A stretch of DNA of 64,000 nucleotides from Haliotis rubra. Taxonomy: Eukaryota. The notes beneath the pieces are model-generated. The model was not told where the DNA came from, did no database searches, and saw only the letters and a program-made list of their open reading frames with translations. Of this stretch, positions 25,701 through 37,345 are shown in pieces. The position numbers and the translations under genes are program-made. Position 1 is the stretch's first letter; every line of letters begins with the position of its first letter. The stretch covers positions 62,001-126,000 of the forward strand of contig NW_025766459.1 in NCBI RefSeq assembly GCF_003918875.1, written 5' to 3'.

Positions 25701-28700
25701 ATCCTAACTCCACCTGTCACTGTTTAAAGACACTAGTTTCTGAATATGCAGCATTAAACAGACATCTGTAGTTCTTTCTCGTAGAATCTCTTACTACAGT
25801 GTTTTCTTTGACCTCCAGCCATTTTGTACACATATGAAATAAACTCTCAAACTGACAGATCTTACAACTAATTGATGTAAGTTGTTTCATTCCATTTTGG
25901 AATTCTACTGGTATTTAGTAAGATCTTGAAGTACTTTCAAGTCTAATACATTGTAAGAAAAAGACAACAAATATTTGTGCATGTTTCAATGTTTCCCCAG
26001 GCATAATGTTGTGAGAAAACTCTGGCATTGGTAAACATACTCATCTCATCAATATATACTTTCTTGAAAGACGTTAAAGAACATCAGAATGTTCATATTC
26101 CAAGATATCAACTGTCTTAAAGAAAAGTAACCTGAAAGAATTGAGATCCTTTTTTCCAGTGGCATGCACAACAGTTACGGAGTCAAAGTTCATCTTCTGC
26201 TTTTCGTTGAAACTCAAGTGTAATACATGTCTAATTTCAGTGACTTTGCTCGAGTGATTTTTTATTTTAACCTTGCATCTGAGCTATTTCAGGTGCCAGA
26301 CTGCAATATGTTATTTAGAAATACTTTTGTTTGTGAGAATTGACGTGTGCAATGTGAGTGAAGAGACTGAAAACTGAAAAGCCCACTTGAATCCCGCTAT
26401 GTGCATATATCCATGAGAATAAATTAATGTTTAGGGACATGCTGTGATTGCAAGCAATTTTATTGGTTCCATCATTTATCTTTGTATAATTTCCTGTTCT
26501 GGTGAAAATGAACTCTTAGTTGTTTTTTGACATATCAATTATTGAGCCTCCACACATGGTGGTTGGTGATCCTTTTTTATTATATTATATTACAAGATTA
26601 ATAAACAGAAAAATTAATAAACAGGGTTGCAGTGAGTAGTTATAATTGTTGAGGGTATTTTATGGGAGATGGTGTTACAGTGAACAATGATGATGTTATT
26701 GGTTAACATTCAGTGGTATCCATGGAAACTGCATTGCTCATACAACACAGAAATATGTTATGTGAATATCATGAAAATGGTGGTTTCATGTTTCATAAAG
26801 GTGAATATGATTTTACAATGTCCAATTGTAGAAAGTCAAGCAGATTATGTTGATCCCTGTGTAATGCATCACAGTTTTGTTTCCAGACCTGAAATTGTAG
26901 AAAGTCAAGCAGATTATGTTGATCCCTGTGTAATGCATCACCGTTTTGATTCCAGACCTGAAATAAGACAATTTTGTGTGAGATTTGTAAGCCTGATGAA
27001 CTAAGAATGATATAAACACTTATTTATGGGTCACATTTCCCATTCACAAGTCAGTTGCTCTGTTGATTGTGGATGTACAGTGAAGTGCATTTTTATAGTA
27101 ATGTTCGTCAATCCAGTAAAAACGATTGAGTACATCTTGTGATGTGTTGCAGGTGCCCATCCTTGGTGGACTGGCGTTGGTGGCTATCATTGCCCTTATT
27201 GTCTGGTGTTGTGTCCGTAAGTGCAGGTGAGTTCCTAGCATCCCTGGGTAGATCTACCCCATTCATGTGACTGCCACTACCCTGGGTAGATCTACCCTAT
27301 TCATGTGACTGCCACTACCCTGGGTAAATCGACCCCATTCATGTGACTGCCACTACATTGGGTAGATCTACCCTATTCATGTCACTGCCACTACCCTGGG
27401 TAGATCTATCCCATTCATGTCACTGCCACTACCCTGGGTAGATCTACCCTATTCATGTCACTGCCACTACATTGGGTAGATCTACCCCATTCATGTGACT
27501 GCCACTACCCTGGGTAAATCGACCCCATTCATGTCACTGCCACTACCCTGGGTAGATCTACCCTATTCATGTCACTGCCACTACCCTGGGTAGATCTATC
27601 CCATTCATGTCCCAGCCACCACCCTGGTTATATCAATGCTCATGCTGTTGATCACTGGATTGTCTGGTTCAGATTGTATTATTTACAGGTCACCATGACA
27701 TAGCTGGATATTGCTGTTGAATCAAACAAATAAACACTATCCCATGCTGAATGACCACCACCAATTGTTAACTTGCATGTCTTATTATCTCTTTTTGTAC
27801 GGGTTATGTTACCATGGATACTGATTTCTTGTTCTAGGAACAGGTACAAGTTCCCGTACCGACGTATCGGAGAGTATGATGTTGCTCTCTCGGAGCAAAT
27901 GGAGAGAGAAAAACAGCAGAAAATAACAGCAGTGAGAGGTAAGGTCCAGTGCTTTCATTTGTCCCGGTTAAACCAGGTAGTTTCAGGATACCAATGTTAC
28001 TCCATATCATTGATGATAGATGCTGGTGGCGGGGACACGATGTTGTTGACGATGGATGTTGTCAGGTGACACGATGTTGTTGATGATGAATGTTGTTGTC
28101 AGGTTGCAGGAGGATTTTAAACGTGAATGTTTCTGTTTTCAGATTCTGCGTTCATGAGCTGCCAGTTCTACCTGCGATCTCACCCCCAGTATGACAATGT
28201 GCAACAACTGAAGGACCTTGGTATGAGCAGTCATTACCTCCTCAGAATAAACCAGTGATGAGGCCTAGTTGTAACCTCAAGTCATAAAGCTGGTTGTAAT
28301 CATGGTCTTAAAGCTGGTTGTAATCTCAGTCATGAAGCTGGTTGTAATCTCAGTCATGAAGCTGGTTGTAATCTCAGTCATAAAGCTGGTTGTAATCTCG
28401 GTCATAAAGCTGGTTGTAAACTCAGTCCTAAAGCTGGTTGTAATCTCAGTCCTAAAGCTGGTTGTAATCTTGGTCCTAAAGCTGGTTGTATTCTCAGTCC
28501 TAAAGCTGGTTGTAATCTCAGTCCTAAAGCTGGTTGTAATCTCGGTCATAAAGCTGGTTGTATTCTCAGTCATAAAGCTGGTTGTAATCTCAGTCATGAA
28601 GCTGGTTGTAATCTCAGTGTTAAACCTAGTTGTAATCACGGTCTTAAAGCTGGTTGTAATCACGGTCTTAAAGCTGGTTGTAATCTCAGTCATGAAGCTG

Positions 28701-30112
28701 GTTGTAATCTCAGTCATAAAGCTGGTTGTAATCTCAGTCCTTAATCTGGTTGTAATCTCCATCATAAAGCTGGTCGTAATCTCGGTCATAAAGCACCGCC
28801 TCCGTGGTGTAGTGGTTAGAGTGTCCGCCCGGAGAGCGGAAGGTCGCGGGTTCGATCCCCGGTCGCGTCATACCAAAAGACGTTAAAATATGGTACTTGT
28901 TGGTCTCTGTCTCAGTCAGATACCCAATCCACTGAAATCTATTGGATACATAAGCAAATAAACAATGTTACTGTCCAAACCTCAACAACACTGATGGAAA
29001 TTAGCCTTGTCCTGTGTAGTTATCATGGCTTTGGTGGAGACATATAGAATGTAAGTATGTATAACATCATTGCCCACATCAAGTGTGTTACTGGATGGCA
29101 ATAGCCAGAGGGTCTATGGGTATTCTAAGTAACTGTATAAAGAGTTGATACATCAACTTGCAGGCAGCAGGATCGACAAGCACTGGTTCCGTGTCCGTGA
29201 CAATCGCCTGAAGGTGGACCGAATTCTCACCACCATCCCCAGCAACATGAAGATGGTGCTCCCCTTCACGCCGGCCACCAGCAAGGTCCTCAAGGATCTC
29301 TTCAGCCTCCTCCAGGTAAACCCTCAAAACTGAGGGGGGCAGTGGGGTAGTCTAGTGGTTATAGCGTTTGCTCGTCACGCTGAATACCGGGGTTTGGTCC
29401 CACATGGGTACTATGCGAGAAGCCCATTTCTGGTGTTCCCCACCATGATATTGCTGGAATATTGCCCAAAGTGGTGTAAAACCATACTCGCTCACTCACT
29501 CAAAACTGAGGGTCGTCACTGCTGTCACAGCTATCTAATTGTGTGTTGTCTAACTCTGTATGTCTCAGAAATAGAGCTGTCTAACTTTGGTAGTATAACA
29601 GAGACAGCTGTTTTAAGTCTACAGTCTGACAGCATGAAGCCAAGTTCACACAGTCTGGTTGTATTGAGACAGAGATACCTTAGACAGGTGTGAGTCGTTG
29701 TGTCCATATGTCTTACACATGATTCACGGAAGTTTATGGGGCAGTTTGCTCCCAAAATGTGAATATTTCTGCTCCTGCTCATATTATTATTGTCATTATG
29801 CTTCTTCTCTGTCCTGAGTTGTCTCCCTTTGTTAAATGGAAGGTGCCAGAAATAAACAGTTTCGTTAGATACAATTTTGAGCAGTTCATATCACCATGGT
29901 AACATGATGATGTGTTGTTTCTGCAGCACCCGTACGTGTTCCCCGTCTCTCAGTTCAACTTCTCGGTGGAGCAGATGTGCATCATTACGGTCCAGCCAAT
30001 CAGCATGCGGGGATCTCTGAAGGATGTCATATACCAGGTATACCATGCTTCACACAGAGTACAGGCAGACGAGTTCTCCCCTGTGACTTCTGGTTGTCTC
30101 CAACAGTCAGTG

Positions 30113-30147
<35 letters not shown>

Positions 30148-33100
30148 GTACAGCTCTTCTGACACTCTGGGTAATGCAGAAGGCTGCAGTGTTGGGGAGC
30201 CTTCATATTCTCCGGAAAGTTCTTGGTGGGTTCGACTAGGCAGCGTTTCCTGGGAGAAGTCCCATTCGCTGTCTGGGCTGCGTGTAGAGGGGGCAAGGGC
30301 CCTGAGCTGATGATGAGCCTTACCAGCCTGACTGTGCCAGGATCACCCGAACCCTCTCTGCTGCATATTATCTTCAATCTGTAAAACATAATAATAATAA
30401 TAACTATCATATATTAAATGTAACAGTCTGAAGTTTTATAGAACACAACACAGAAATGGAAAGTCTGTAGAAGTATGACTGTAGGTAGGTCTTGTTTTAT
30501 TCCACAAAACAGGGAGAATGGAAGGTCTGCAGAAATGCATCAGTAGGTGTCCATCTGTTTTCAAACTTCCTAACCTATTTTACATTTCAGAGAAAGTTTA
30601 CGGAGAGCTGGTATGAGAAATACAGCCAGAGAAATCGCGGCCTGAGTCTTCAGCAGATACAGCTGTTTGGCCGACAGATCCTTGAGGTAGATCCACCCCA
30701 CCAATAATCTATATTCTGCATCCATAGTAACCAGTACAAAATAACTGTGATAAGACTTCCCCGTTTACAACAATGCGTCGTCCAACTTATTTGAGAGGCA
30801 TTTGGCACAGGTCTGTAAGTGTTTCAACTCTGATTGTGTAGTTAACGGGCTTCTCCACTCGCCTGACACCCTAATCAAATCAGCTGTAAAACCACTTCTC
30901 ATGTTTGTATATATGCCTCACAATCCCTACTCTGTACATCGCATGCTTGATAACAGTGTTGTCATTGTTGTGAAGAAGCTGTTCATCCATATATCTTCTC
31001 CTTCCATAACCCATCGTCTGTATCCCAGTTGCATCGATTGATGCTCATGATGTCGATCTGTGGAGAGTTTTGTCCAAATTCGATTATTTACTGACTGCTG
31101 TCATTTATCTGGGATATTAATTAAGCGCCACATCAATCAAAACGCAAGCAAACATCACAACAAAATCACATGATGTGAACATGCAATGTTTGTAAACAGC
31201 CATTGCCAGGAACATGATGCAAACAATGCTGTTTCAGTCAACAGACAGCTAACAATAGAAACAGACACAGGCGTCTAACCCTGTCTTGTCTTGTCTAAGT
31301 ATAAACTGAGATAAAGTGATGTTGCCATGTTGGTCTAAGATAAGGATATGTTTCCATGTTGGTCTAAGATAAGGATATGTTTCCATGTTGGTCTAAGATA
31401 AGGATATGTTGCCATGTTGGTCTAAGATAAGGATATGTTGCCATGTTGGCCTGAGATAAGGATATGTTGCCATGTTGGTCTAAGATAAGGATATGTTGCC
31501 ATGTTGGTCTAAGATAAGGATATGTTGCCATGTTGGTCTAAGATAAGGATATGTTGCCATGTTGGTCTAAGATAAGGATATGTTGCCATGTTGGTCTAAG
31601 ATAAGGATATGTTGCAATGTTGGTCTAAGATAAGGATATGTTGCCATGTTGGCCTGAGATAAAATGATGTTGCAGGGACTGATGTATTTAGAAGACAAGG
31701 GATTTCCCCAGCACAGCAACATCCATTCAGGCAACATCATGTTCGAGGATGGCGTGTGCAAGTAAGTTGCCATGGTTACCTGCTGGAACCTTTCCCCTTC
31801 CCGCTTTATCTATACAATGTCCATTGGTAATGTTGGCTTAGAATTGGTCCTCAGCAGGTATACAGCTCATGAGATTGGTCAGTCTGGTTGCGTGGTTGAT
31901 TGTGGACTCCAACAGCATGGGGCATTGCTCACAATGTCAATCACCAGATTGTCTGGTCCAAAGTTAATTATTTACAGGCTGTGGTCATGTTGTCGAATAC
32001 TTCTGAAAACACCTATGCAAGAAAATATGATTATGTCTGATTTTGTTCTTAAAACACATACAGTCTCTTGCAGGAATTAATAAATACCAATTGTTTTGTT
32101 TAATGAGGGGCGGTGGGCTAGTTACACAATGCATGTTTGTCTTGGGTACAATTTGTAAAGCTTATGTGATGCATTGATATTGCTGGAATATTGCTTAAAG
32201 CGGTGTAAAGCACATACTCATTCATGTTTAGTACTCAACGAGGTACTGTTAAGCTGAATGTGAGCATGGGACGCACAGAGAGAGATTGGTGGAACAGGTT
32301 ATGGTATGTTTGTTTCTGTTACAGGGTATGGTGTTCTTGTTTGTTTCAGAGTAACAGGATATGAAAACATCTTTTTGGGCAACACATCCAGAGTCTATTC
32401 CCTAATAAGGAAGAAACTGAAAGGAGAGAACAAAGATGCAATTGACGTACTGTCCTTCGGTATGTGTCATTGATTAATATGTCCTTCAAATAAAACCCGT
32501 GAAGATCCGGGTTAGAATTGGTCTTCAGTGAGTGAGTGAGTTAATATTTAACGTCACATCGGCAATATTTCAGCCATATCGTGACGATGGTCTTCAGTTA
32601 CCATGCTTGTTGTACAATGCGACTAACGGGATCGGGGTGGTCAGGCTCGCTGACTTGGTTGACACATGTCATTGTATCCCAGTTGCGTAGATTGATGCTC
32701 ATGCTGTTGATCACTGGATTGTCTGGTCCAGACTCGATTATCTACAGACCGCGACGATATAGCTGGAATATTGCTGAAGAGGGCATAAAGCTAAACTCAT
32801 TCATTCACTCACTCACGCACATCACTTTGTACAACAGCACCCTGGACTGTAGTATATAGTCATGTCAGCATCCTGTTTCTTGTCAGGTCATCTGCTGTTC
32901 GAGATGTGTTTCGGTTTTGAGCTGGATGCCCCCCATCCGGGAGCCCCAGAACTTGACAGGCCATCAGTCTCCAATCATAGTTGAGGTAAACGCACTGCAC
33001 GTGATGTAATTACATCAACATAACTGATGCATGGTGAAGTATACCTTGTCTAACCATGACTTGACTTTAAAATCTAGCTGTTGTTGCAGGTGATGAACTT

Positions 33101-35673
33101 TATATTTGAACCAGAGTCTGGAAAGTACCCCACTTTGCGAGAGGTAAGATTTTTGTTAATTTGATGAATGTGTTTCCATATCCTGAGGACTTGCAGAGCT
33201 GTTGACAGAGAAACATTATTTTTGAGGACATAACAACTTTAGCTCAGTGCTGTGCTCGTATGTATCCTAACCTGTGAAGATTTGAGTTACAGTTGGTCTT
33301 CAGCAACCGCGTAAAAGTGAATTAACAGGATGAAGTAATCATTGTATCCAAATTATGTAGATCGATGCTCATGAAGTCAGTCACTGGATTATATGGTCCA
33401 GACTTGATTATTTACAAATAGCTAGAATATTACTGAGTGCAGTGTTTCACAACAAACATACAAAAACACATGCCTACCCTCCTGCCTTGCCCTGACCCGC
33501 ATCCTGTGACCTGCCAAACAATCTCTAGTCTTGACATAGGAGTGTTAATATATTCCACAGGTGTCCCAGCACATGTTCTTTGGCAGCATCCGTCTCCAGG
33601 AGATGATGGCGTATAACCCAGCACCAGTGAGTTGTCTCCCCTGTCAATAATGCCTATCTGTTAAACTATAGTGTAAACCAGGAACAACAGACTGGCTACA
33701 TTAAGAAAAACTGTTTATTAACACTTTTTCCCTATCCATTTACATGTAGATTGTTGTAGCTAATAGTGTGTTATTTCTCTGTCAGATACATCTGAGTAGC
33801 TCCATGAAGAGTCTACTGAAGACAGTCAGGAAGGGCAAGTCAAAGTAGGTTACTCGCATCACAGTGGACGGTGGGTGACTCATACCACAGTAGACAGTAG
33901 GTGACTTACATCACAGCAGACAGTAGGTGACTCAAATCACAGTAGACAGTAGGTGTCCTACACCACAGCAGACAGTATGTGACTCACATCACAGCAGACA
34001 GTAGGTGACTCACATCACAGTAGACAGTAAGTGACACATCACAGCAGGCAGTAGGTGACTCACATCACAGTATACAGTAGGTGACACATCACCTTAGACA
34101 GTATTTGACTCACACCACAGTAGACAATAGGTGACTCACATCACAGTGGTTGACTTACATCAACGTAGACATTAGGGGACTTTTGTTACAAAAAGTGACG
34201 TACATGACAGAAGATGACATACAACACAGTAAATGACTCACACCATAGTAGGTGATTCACTTCACAGTGGGTGACTTACTTCATACTCATACTCCATACT
34301 ATATACAGGTTACACACATTAAATACAGGCTAGACAAACTATATACAGGCTACACTCGCATTATGTACAGGCTATCTACAGGTTACACATAGGGTACAGA
34401 GTCAACACACAGGTTGCACTACACACTGTCTTTTTTCTCTTGCAGATCAAAGTCAAAATCGGGCACTGATAAGAAGTGAGTAATATCATCCATCTCTCCT
34501 TTTGTTGCTGAATCCAAGCATAGATGTCATGCAGAATCTGTCTATGTCTTGTTGCTGAATCCAAGCATAGATGCAGTGCAGAATCTGTCTAAGTCTTGTT
34601 GCTGAATCCAAGCATAGATGCCATGCAGAATCTGTCTAAGTCTTGTTGCTGAATCCAAGCATAGATGCCATGCAGAATCTGTCTAAGTGTTGTTGCTGAA
34701 TCCAAGCATAGATGTCATGCAGAATCTGTCTAAGTCTTGTTGCTGAATCCAAGCATAGATGCCATGCAGAATCTGTCTAAGTCTTGTTGCTGAATCCAAG
34801 CATAGATGTCATGCAGAATCTGTCTAAGTCTTGTTGCTGAATCCAAGCATAGATGCCATGCAGAATCTGTCTAAGTCTTGTTGCTGAATCCAAGCATAGA
34901 TGTCATGCAGAATCTGTCTAAGTCTTGTTGCTGAATCCAAGCATAGATGCCATGCAGAATCTGTCTTAGTCTTGTTGCTGAATCCAAGCATAGATGTCAT
35001 GCAGAATCTGTCTAAGTCTTGTTGCTGAATCCAAGCATAGATGCAGTGCAGAATCTGTCTAAGTCTTGTTGCTGAATCCAAGCATAGATGCCATGCAGAA
35101 TCTGTCTATGTCTTGTTGCTGAATCCAAGCATAGATGCAGTGCAGAATCTGTCTTAGTCTTGTTGCTGAATCCAAGCATAGATGCCATGCAGAATCTGTC
35201 TATGTCTTGTTGCTGAATCCAAGCATAGATGCCATGCAGAATCTGTCTAAGTCTTGTTGCTGGTTTTAATGCTCAGTGTCACTCACTTACTCACTCACTT
35301 AAGATTCTGCTAGTGCCAGTGTGACTGCTGTATGAAGGGCTGTATTGACATCACACACTTGCCACACAGTCCTAAATATGGTTAAGTCTGTTGAAGGAAT
35401 CTGCCTTTCTTGAACTCAGTGTATCTTGTTTCCACAGGAAATCCGAGTCCAAGAGAGGGTCAAGATCTGCTTCAGTGTCCTCAGTGACCAATACAACTCC
35501 ACCTCCTCCTCCTCCTCCCTCCTGGCCCCCCACCACCCCCAGCAGCTTCACCTCCACCCCAGCCCTCCACCTCCACCTCAGACCCAGGGAGAGGGGCTCT
35601 CCTGGGATCCATCAAGAAGAGCCATAGTCTCAAGAAGACCATCACTAATGACCGGAGTGCTCCTCGGGTCTGA
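22712..35673 (+). CDS. Slowpoke-binding protein (Slob)/PXK-family pseudokinase with N-terminal TM helix and C-terminal Pro-rich + WH2 tail, ~462 aa after repairing two 1-nt insertions
   Basis: 15 GT-AG exons, phase-consistent once the two indels are repaired: 22712-22750, 27153-27226, 27838-27938, 28143-28220, 29164-29315, 29927-30037, 30591-30686, 31676-31761, 32350-32459, 32887-32985, 33090-33143, 33561-33626, 33786-33844, 34446-34475, 35438-35673. Motifs LG.R..KHWF.V, QHPYVFP, GSLKDVIY, FGRQILEGL.YL, NIHSGNIM, IDVLSFGHLLFEM and GRGALLGSI...LKKT.TNDRSAP match PXK/Slob. Extra G at 32939-41 and extra C at 35517-19. Confidence 0.87.
23385..23530 (+). mobile_element. tRNA-derived SINE family A (slightly 5'-truncated)
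   Basis: Family A consensus. Confidence 0.85.
23803..24185 (+). mobile_element. L2 LINE 3' fragment
   Basis: LTYQSLYNQGPSYLQDL..Y.P.RTL.SS...L.VP..FG.R.F..LWN is the typical L2 ORF2 C-terminus; ends ...CTATATAAATAATAAT. Confidence 0.8.
24176..24460 (-). mobile_element. Second L2 LINE 3' fragment, tail-to-tail with the first
   Basis: Minus strand ...TTGTGGAAC...CTTGAAAACCCATCTC...GTAAAGCACC...GCTATACAAGTGCATTATT, an L2-like terminus. Confidence 0.55.
24628..24855 (+). mobile_element. SINE family B
   Basis: Family B consensus; TSD CATAGAACCTGAC. Confidence 0.85.
25448..25648. repeat. 25-bp minisatellite, ~8 copies
   Basis: Unit CTGTCCTCCTGGCTACACTGTGACA. Confidence 0.95.
26824..26962. repeat. 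69-bp direct tandem duplication
   Basis: AATTGTAGAAAGTCAAGCAG...CCAGACCTGA occurs twice. Confidence 0.9.
27242..27628. repeat. 38-bp minisatellite, ~10 copies, containing the palindrome GGGTAGATCTACCC
   Basis: Unit CCCTGGGTAGATCTACCCCATTCATGTGACTGCCACTA. Confidence 0.95.
28280..28793. repeat. 24-bp minisatellite, ~21 copies
   Basis: Unit AAGCTGGTTGTAATCTCAGTCAT(A/G); source of the spurious ORFs 28277-28789 and 28302-28886. Confidence 0.95.
28795..28910 (+). mobile_element. SINE family C head (3'-truncated)
   Basis: Matches the reverse complement of 18560-18677. Confidence 0.8.
29335..29498 (+). mobile_element. tRNA-derived SINE family A
   Basis: Family A consensus; TSD CTCAAAACTGAGGG. Confidence 0.85.
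30147..30387 (+). mobile_element. 5'-truncated R4/Dong-clade non-LTR retrotransposon inserted in (TAA)n
   Basis: Encodes LWVMQKAAVLGSLHILRKVLGGFD* (RLE-clade C-terminal motif) plus a 3' UTR; (TAA)n on both sides (30113-30146 and 30388-30403). Confidence 0.7.
31318..31672. repeat. 29-bp minisatellite, ~12 copies, running into a splice acceptor
   Basis: Unit GTTGCCATGTTGGTCTAAGATAAGGATAT. Confidence 0.95.
32495..32816 (+). mobile_element. SINE family B with a nested 58-bp antisense LINE-tail insertion (32530-32587)
   Basis: Insert flanked by the 11-bp TSD TGGTCTTCAGT. Confidence 0.85.
33845..34150. repeat. ~26-bp degenerate minisatellite beginning at a splice donor
   Basis: Unit GTAGGTGACTCACATCACAGTAGACA, about 11 copies. 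Confidence 0.85.
34500..35262. repeat. 47-bp minisatellite, ~16 copies
   Basis: Unit GTCTTGTTGCTGAATCCAAGCATAGATGCCATGCAGAATCTGTCTAA. Confidence 0.97.
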
Positions 35674-37345
35674 ACTCCAGACTTGGACATCTGACTTGGA
35701 TTATAGACAACATAAAGTGTAATGATTGTGTATCCTGTATGGAGGAATCGGTAGTGAAATCATTGTCAACAAACTATCCAGATATCACACAGTCAGCAGT
35801 GTCCATTGGATGATACAGATACACATACTGCTTGATATAGTTACTGTACACAAAACATACACACTTTGTTGTTCAATACAGTGATTCTGGAGACCAAAGT
35901 ACCATCTGTTGATGGGTCTGTGTTAATCATCCGTGCATGTATCAGAACCTTGACACTTCTCCCATGTCACAGACATGTATCTCCACTCTGCCTGAAGCTC
36001 GACGTTGACACAGCCTGGCCTTCTAAGAAGATTACTGTCACAGATCATTTCCAAACTGTATATATGATTACCTGCCTTATGATGAAGATGTGCCCGCTGT
36101 GCTTTCAAATTCAATGTGATGTCTTTTGTGCAAACACTGATATGTGAGAGGCTGCTTGTTGCCAGTAGATTTCTAGCAGTTGTACAGCAATACAATACAC
36201 GTTAACCTCTGTTTCAGGCAGGCACAGTTGCAATATTAACATACATTTCCAATCTAAGAGCCAGAAAATTACATGTGCAATTTATCCATTGATCAAAGAA
36301 CACCTGGTCCATGGTACCACTTGGATTTGTGTTCCCCCAGACTTACAGCAGTGGTACCGCTTGAACAGCCAGCCAGTCAGGCAGATTACTCCTAGTCACA
36401 CTGCAAGCTTGGCTCTATGGAGGGGAGAGGTTATGTTTAATGCTGGGCATGTTGTATTGTTGTCAATTTGTTTTAACTATGGATCAATTCATATTTAAGA
36501 TCACTTGAGAATGATTGTTACTTTTTCTGTTAGTACCTACAAAGAATGTAGGCAACCATTTTGTTTGATATGCTGATTTCTGTACTGCTTGTTATTCCTG
36601 TGACTGTTTGTTAGAATGGCGCCATTTGGCCGAAACACAGATGACTTCTGATGAAGCGTTCACTGTTACCATGGTTACCATGTTGTTGGCATTGTTTTGA
36701 TTCAGCTGCTCCATGTAACAGGCTACTGGAAGCAATATTTACTTGAGGACATCAAATTGTCATTTCTCTAAGCACTTGATTTATGTGGTCAAGTCGTTGT
36801 CACCTTGGCCTTCATAGCCACACAGTTGGTTTGATAGTTTGGTGCATGTTTTTACAGCCTTTATTGGTTCTGGGTATGATGGTTGTTGAATCTCTCACAC
36901 TGCAATACAAAGAGATGCATCCAGGTGCAGAGAGCCCAGTGTATGGACATCTAAAATCGTTATTTGCTCATTATTTGTTGGTATTCCAGAATCTATCAAA
37001 TGAACATTTTTTGGTCAGTCTTGTCCTGATGGCTTCTGTGGTAGCCATGCCTTCAGTATAATACAGCTGTTATACAAACAATAAAGATGACGAGCATCTT
37101 GTACTCGTATGTGCATACCCAAGTGATCACACTATCTGTTTGCTATTATGAAAATAATAATATGTAATTTTGTAATAAAATGGTGCTATTCAAAGAATGA
37201 AGTGTCTGTTTCTGTTCAGTGATAATGTGCAGATGTCACTTTTCTGCCTTTCAGAAGCATAAAAGTCTGTTTCAGCCAATAGTCAAGAGTGACTGTATTC
37301 TTGTGTTGATATTTTAATGTTTTAAGAGATCGCATGAGCAATGTT

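Noticed and set aside
28277-28886. Repetitive ORFs (TEITTSFM)n and (KLVVISVM)n
   Set aside because: Intronic 24-bp minisatellite with no splice or start context.
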